Shown here: positions 62,350 through 64,000 of the stretch, piece by piece
Layout of the letters: each line of letters opens with the position of its first letter
Position numbering within the stretch: position 1 is the stretch's first letter
Assembly (NCBI RefSeq): GCF_009914755.1
Contig: NC_060926.1
Source of the DNA: the human T2T-CHM13v2.0 reference genome, Homo sapiens
DNA length: 64,000 bases
Reading direction: 5' to 3' (one strand)
Notes under the pieces: generated by a model
Database searches by the model: none
What the model was told of the DNA's origin: nothing
Seen by the model: the letters and a program-made list of their open reading frames with translations, nothing else
Made by a program: the position numbers and the translations under genes

Positions 62350-62618
62350 GGCTGGGCGTGGTGGCTCACACCTGTAATCCTATTGCTTTGGGAGGCAGAG
62401 GCAGGTGGATCACGAGGTCAGGGGTTTGAGACCAGCCTGGCCAATATGGTGAAACCCCGTCTCTACTAAAAATACAAAAATTAGCTGGGCATGGTGGGCC
62501 ACTCCTGTAGTCCCAGCAGCTTGGGAGGTGGAAGTTGCAGTGACCCAGGATCATGCCACTGCACTCCAGCCTGGGCAACAGAACGAGACTCTGTCTCAAA
62601 AAAAAAAAATAGAAAGAA
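62350..62618 (+). mobile_element. AluSg-like SINE with an internal right-arm deletion and TSD
   Basis: ggatcacgaggtcagg; right arm jumps from gggagg to tggaagttgcagtg; TSD agaaatgacagttga at 62334-62348 and 62619-62633. Confidence 0.93.
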
Positions 62619-62739
62619 AGAAATGACAGTTGATGATCTGATTATCTCAGGGACAAAATAGAAAGTTATTGTGTTTAAGGCACTGCAGAGAATACAAAGA
62701 AATACAAGGAGACAAGAGGGCTTCTCCCCTGTGTAATGT

Positions 62740-62910
62740 ACATTACCTTATTTAATGCTTGATAACAACACTCAAAATGGGTGCTATTTGCCCTTATATT
62801 ACAGATGGGCAGATGAGGCTCAGACAGGTTAATTACCTTGTTTGAAGTAACATAAATAGCAAGAAAATGAACTAACAAGCCAGATGCACATTCTTTATTA
62901 TTCTACTCTG
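62740..62910 (-). mobile_element. MIR
   Basis: ttatttaatgcttgataacaacact...ccttatattacagatgggcagatgaggctcagacaggttaattaccttg. Confidence 0.75.
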
Positions 62911-63279
62911 AAAACCCACACTAAGCACCAATACCCTTGTAGATATCTGAGTACAGAGAAAATCCAAGGACTGTGCCATGTATTAGCAGCATCTAGGCAC
63001 ATAATAGGCTTACCTAAGAAGTTAGTGAATGAGGATGAGAAGCACATTTTACAAATTGGTTTTTGAAATACTTTTCACCGGTTTGTGTTACTGAGTTAGT
63101 ACTATCAGAATACTCCTCCTCCAGTTTTGCCTAAATTAGCTGAATGGTTACTTTCATCTCTAGTTTCATATCACCTGAAACGATTTGGTTCATTATTTTG
63201 TCATTATGGAATCTGCATACTTTAGCTACCAAGGAATGAACTGTTTAAGGTCAAATTTAAAAATTATCTTCTTATGCTC

Positions 63280-63643
63280 TGATATGGTTTGCTATGTTCC
63301 CACCGAAATCTCATCTTGAATTATAGCTTCCATAATTCCCACCTGTTGTGGGAGAGACCCAGTGGGAGGTAATTGAATCATGGGGGCGGGTCTTTCCCAT
63401 GCTGTTCTCGTGATAGAGAACAAGTCTCACAAGATCTGATGGTTTTATAAAGGGGAGTTCCCCTGCACAAACTCTCTTGCCTGCTGCCATGTAAGATAGG
63501 ACTTTGCTTCTCATTCGCCTTCTGCCATGATTGTGAGGCCTCCCCAGACATGTGGAACTGTGAGTCAATTAAACCTCCTTTCCTTTATAAATTACCCAGT
63601 CTCGAGTATGTTTTTCCTAGCAGCCTGATAGCAGACTAACACA
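63280..63643 (+). mobile_element. THE1B-like solo LTR
   Basis: tgatatggtttgctatgttcccacc...gaatcatgggggcgggtctttccc...cagactaacaca; perfect 5-bp TSD tgctc on both sides. Confidence 0.95.
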
Positions 63644-64000
63644 TGCTCTATCCTTTAAACAATTTTGGGTTTGAATTTGCAGACACAGAAACCAAGTTTT
63701 GTTATTTCCAAAGTTACACAAGAGCATGAAATGCAGTCTTTGAAAGACAAAACTAAAAAGAAAATGCATTCTCACTCTCAGAACATTCTCAAGTTTATTA
63801 ATACTTCCCATAGCAAGCTGAAACTATGATTTCAAATGCCCTTGAGGAAGTTTGTTTAAAAAGCAGGAAAGGGGGTGTGGACTTTGGGCTATTTTTATGC
63901 CTCCCTAGAAATTCTCTATGGTTTTCTCACAAAGTGCTGATAACGATGGCACTACTAATTTCTTTCTAGTTTATGAATTTATTCGTCTCTGCAGGATGCT

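Overview
AT-rich, repeat-dense primate (very likely human) genomic DNA. It holds the 3' end of GALNT13 (polypeptide GalNAc-transferase 13, + strand) followed by about 30 kb of intergenic-looking, transposon-rich sequence. Three coding exons are readable, none of them properly captured by the ORF track: the lectin beta-repeat exon (15650-15784), the canonical last exon (27462-27602, ...[12 protein letters not shown]), and between them a diverged duplicate of the last exon (23626-23811) encoding an alternative ricin-lectin gamma repeat. This duplicate is the most interesting system in the window. It has CLS in place of the sugar-binding CLD, carries 3 N-glycosylation sequons instead of 1, keeps a GALNT1-like EIF tail, and has two in-frame acceptors 30 nt apart. 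Its stop codon lies only 12 nt before a donor site, so inclusion should escape NMD and turn the canonical last exon into 3'UTR. I recall that GALNT13 lectin-domain splice variants have been reported, so the exon itself is probably not new, though these mechanistic details are worth checking. Also present: tandem poly(A) signals, minus-strand splice sites consistent with an overlapping antisense lncRNA, a full-length Tigger1, a two-LTR THE1D/MSTA-type MaLR, a truncated and partly inverted MER57 provirus with a tRNA-Leu PBS, an ERVL integrase/LTR remnant, and many Alu/L1/L2/MIR/LTR fragments. Repeat subfamily names come from recalled consensus sequences, not from a database search.
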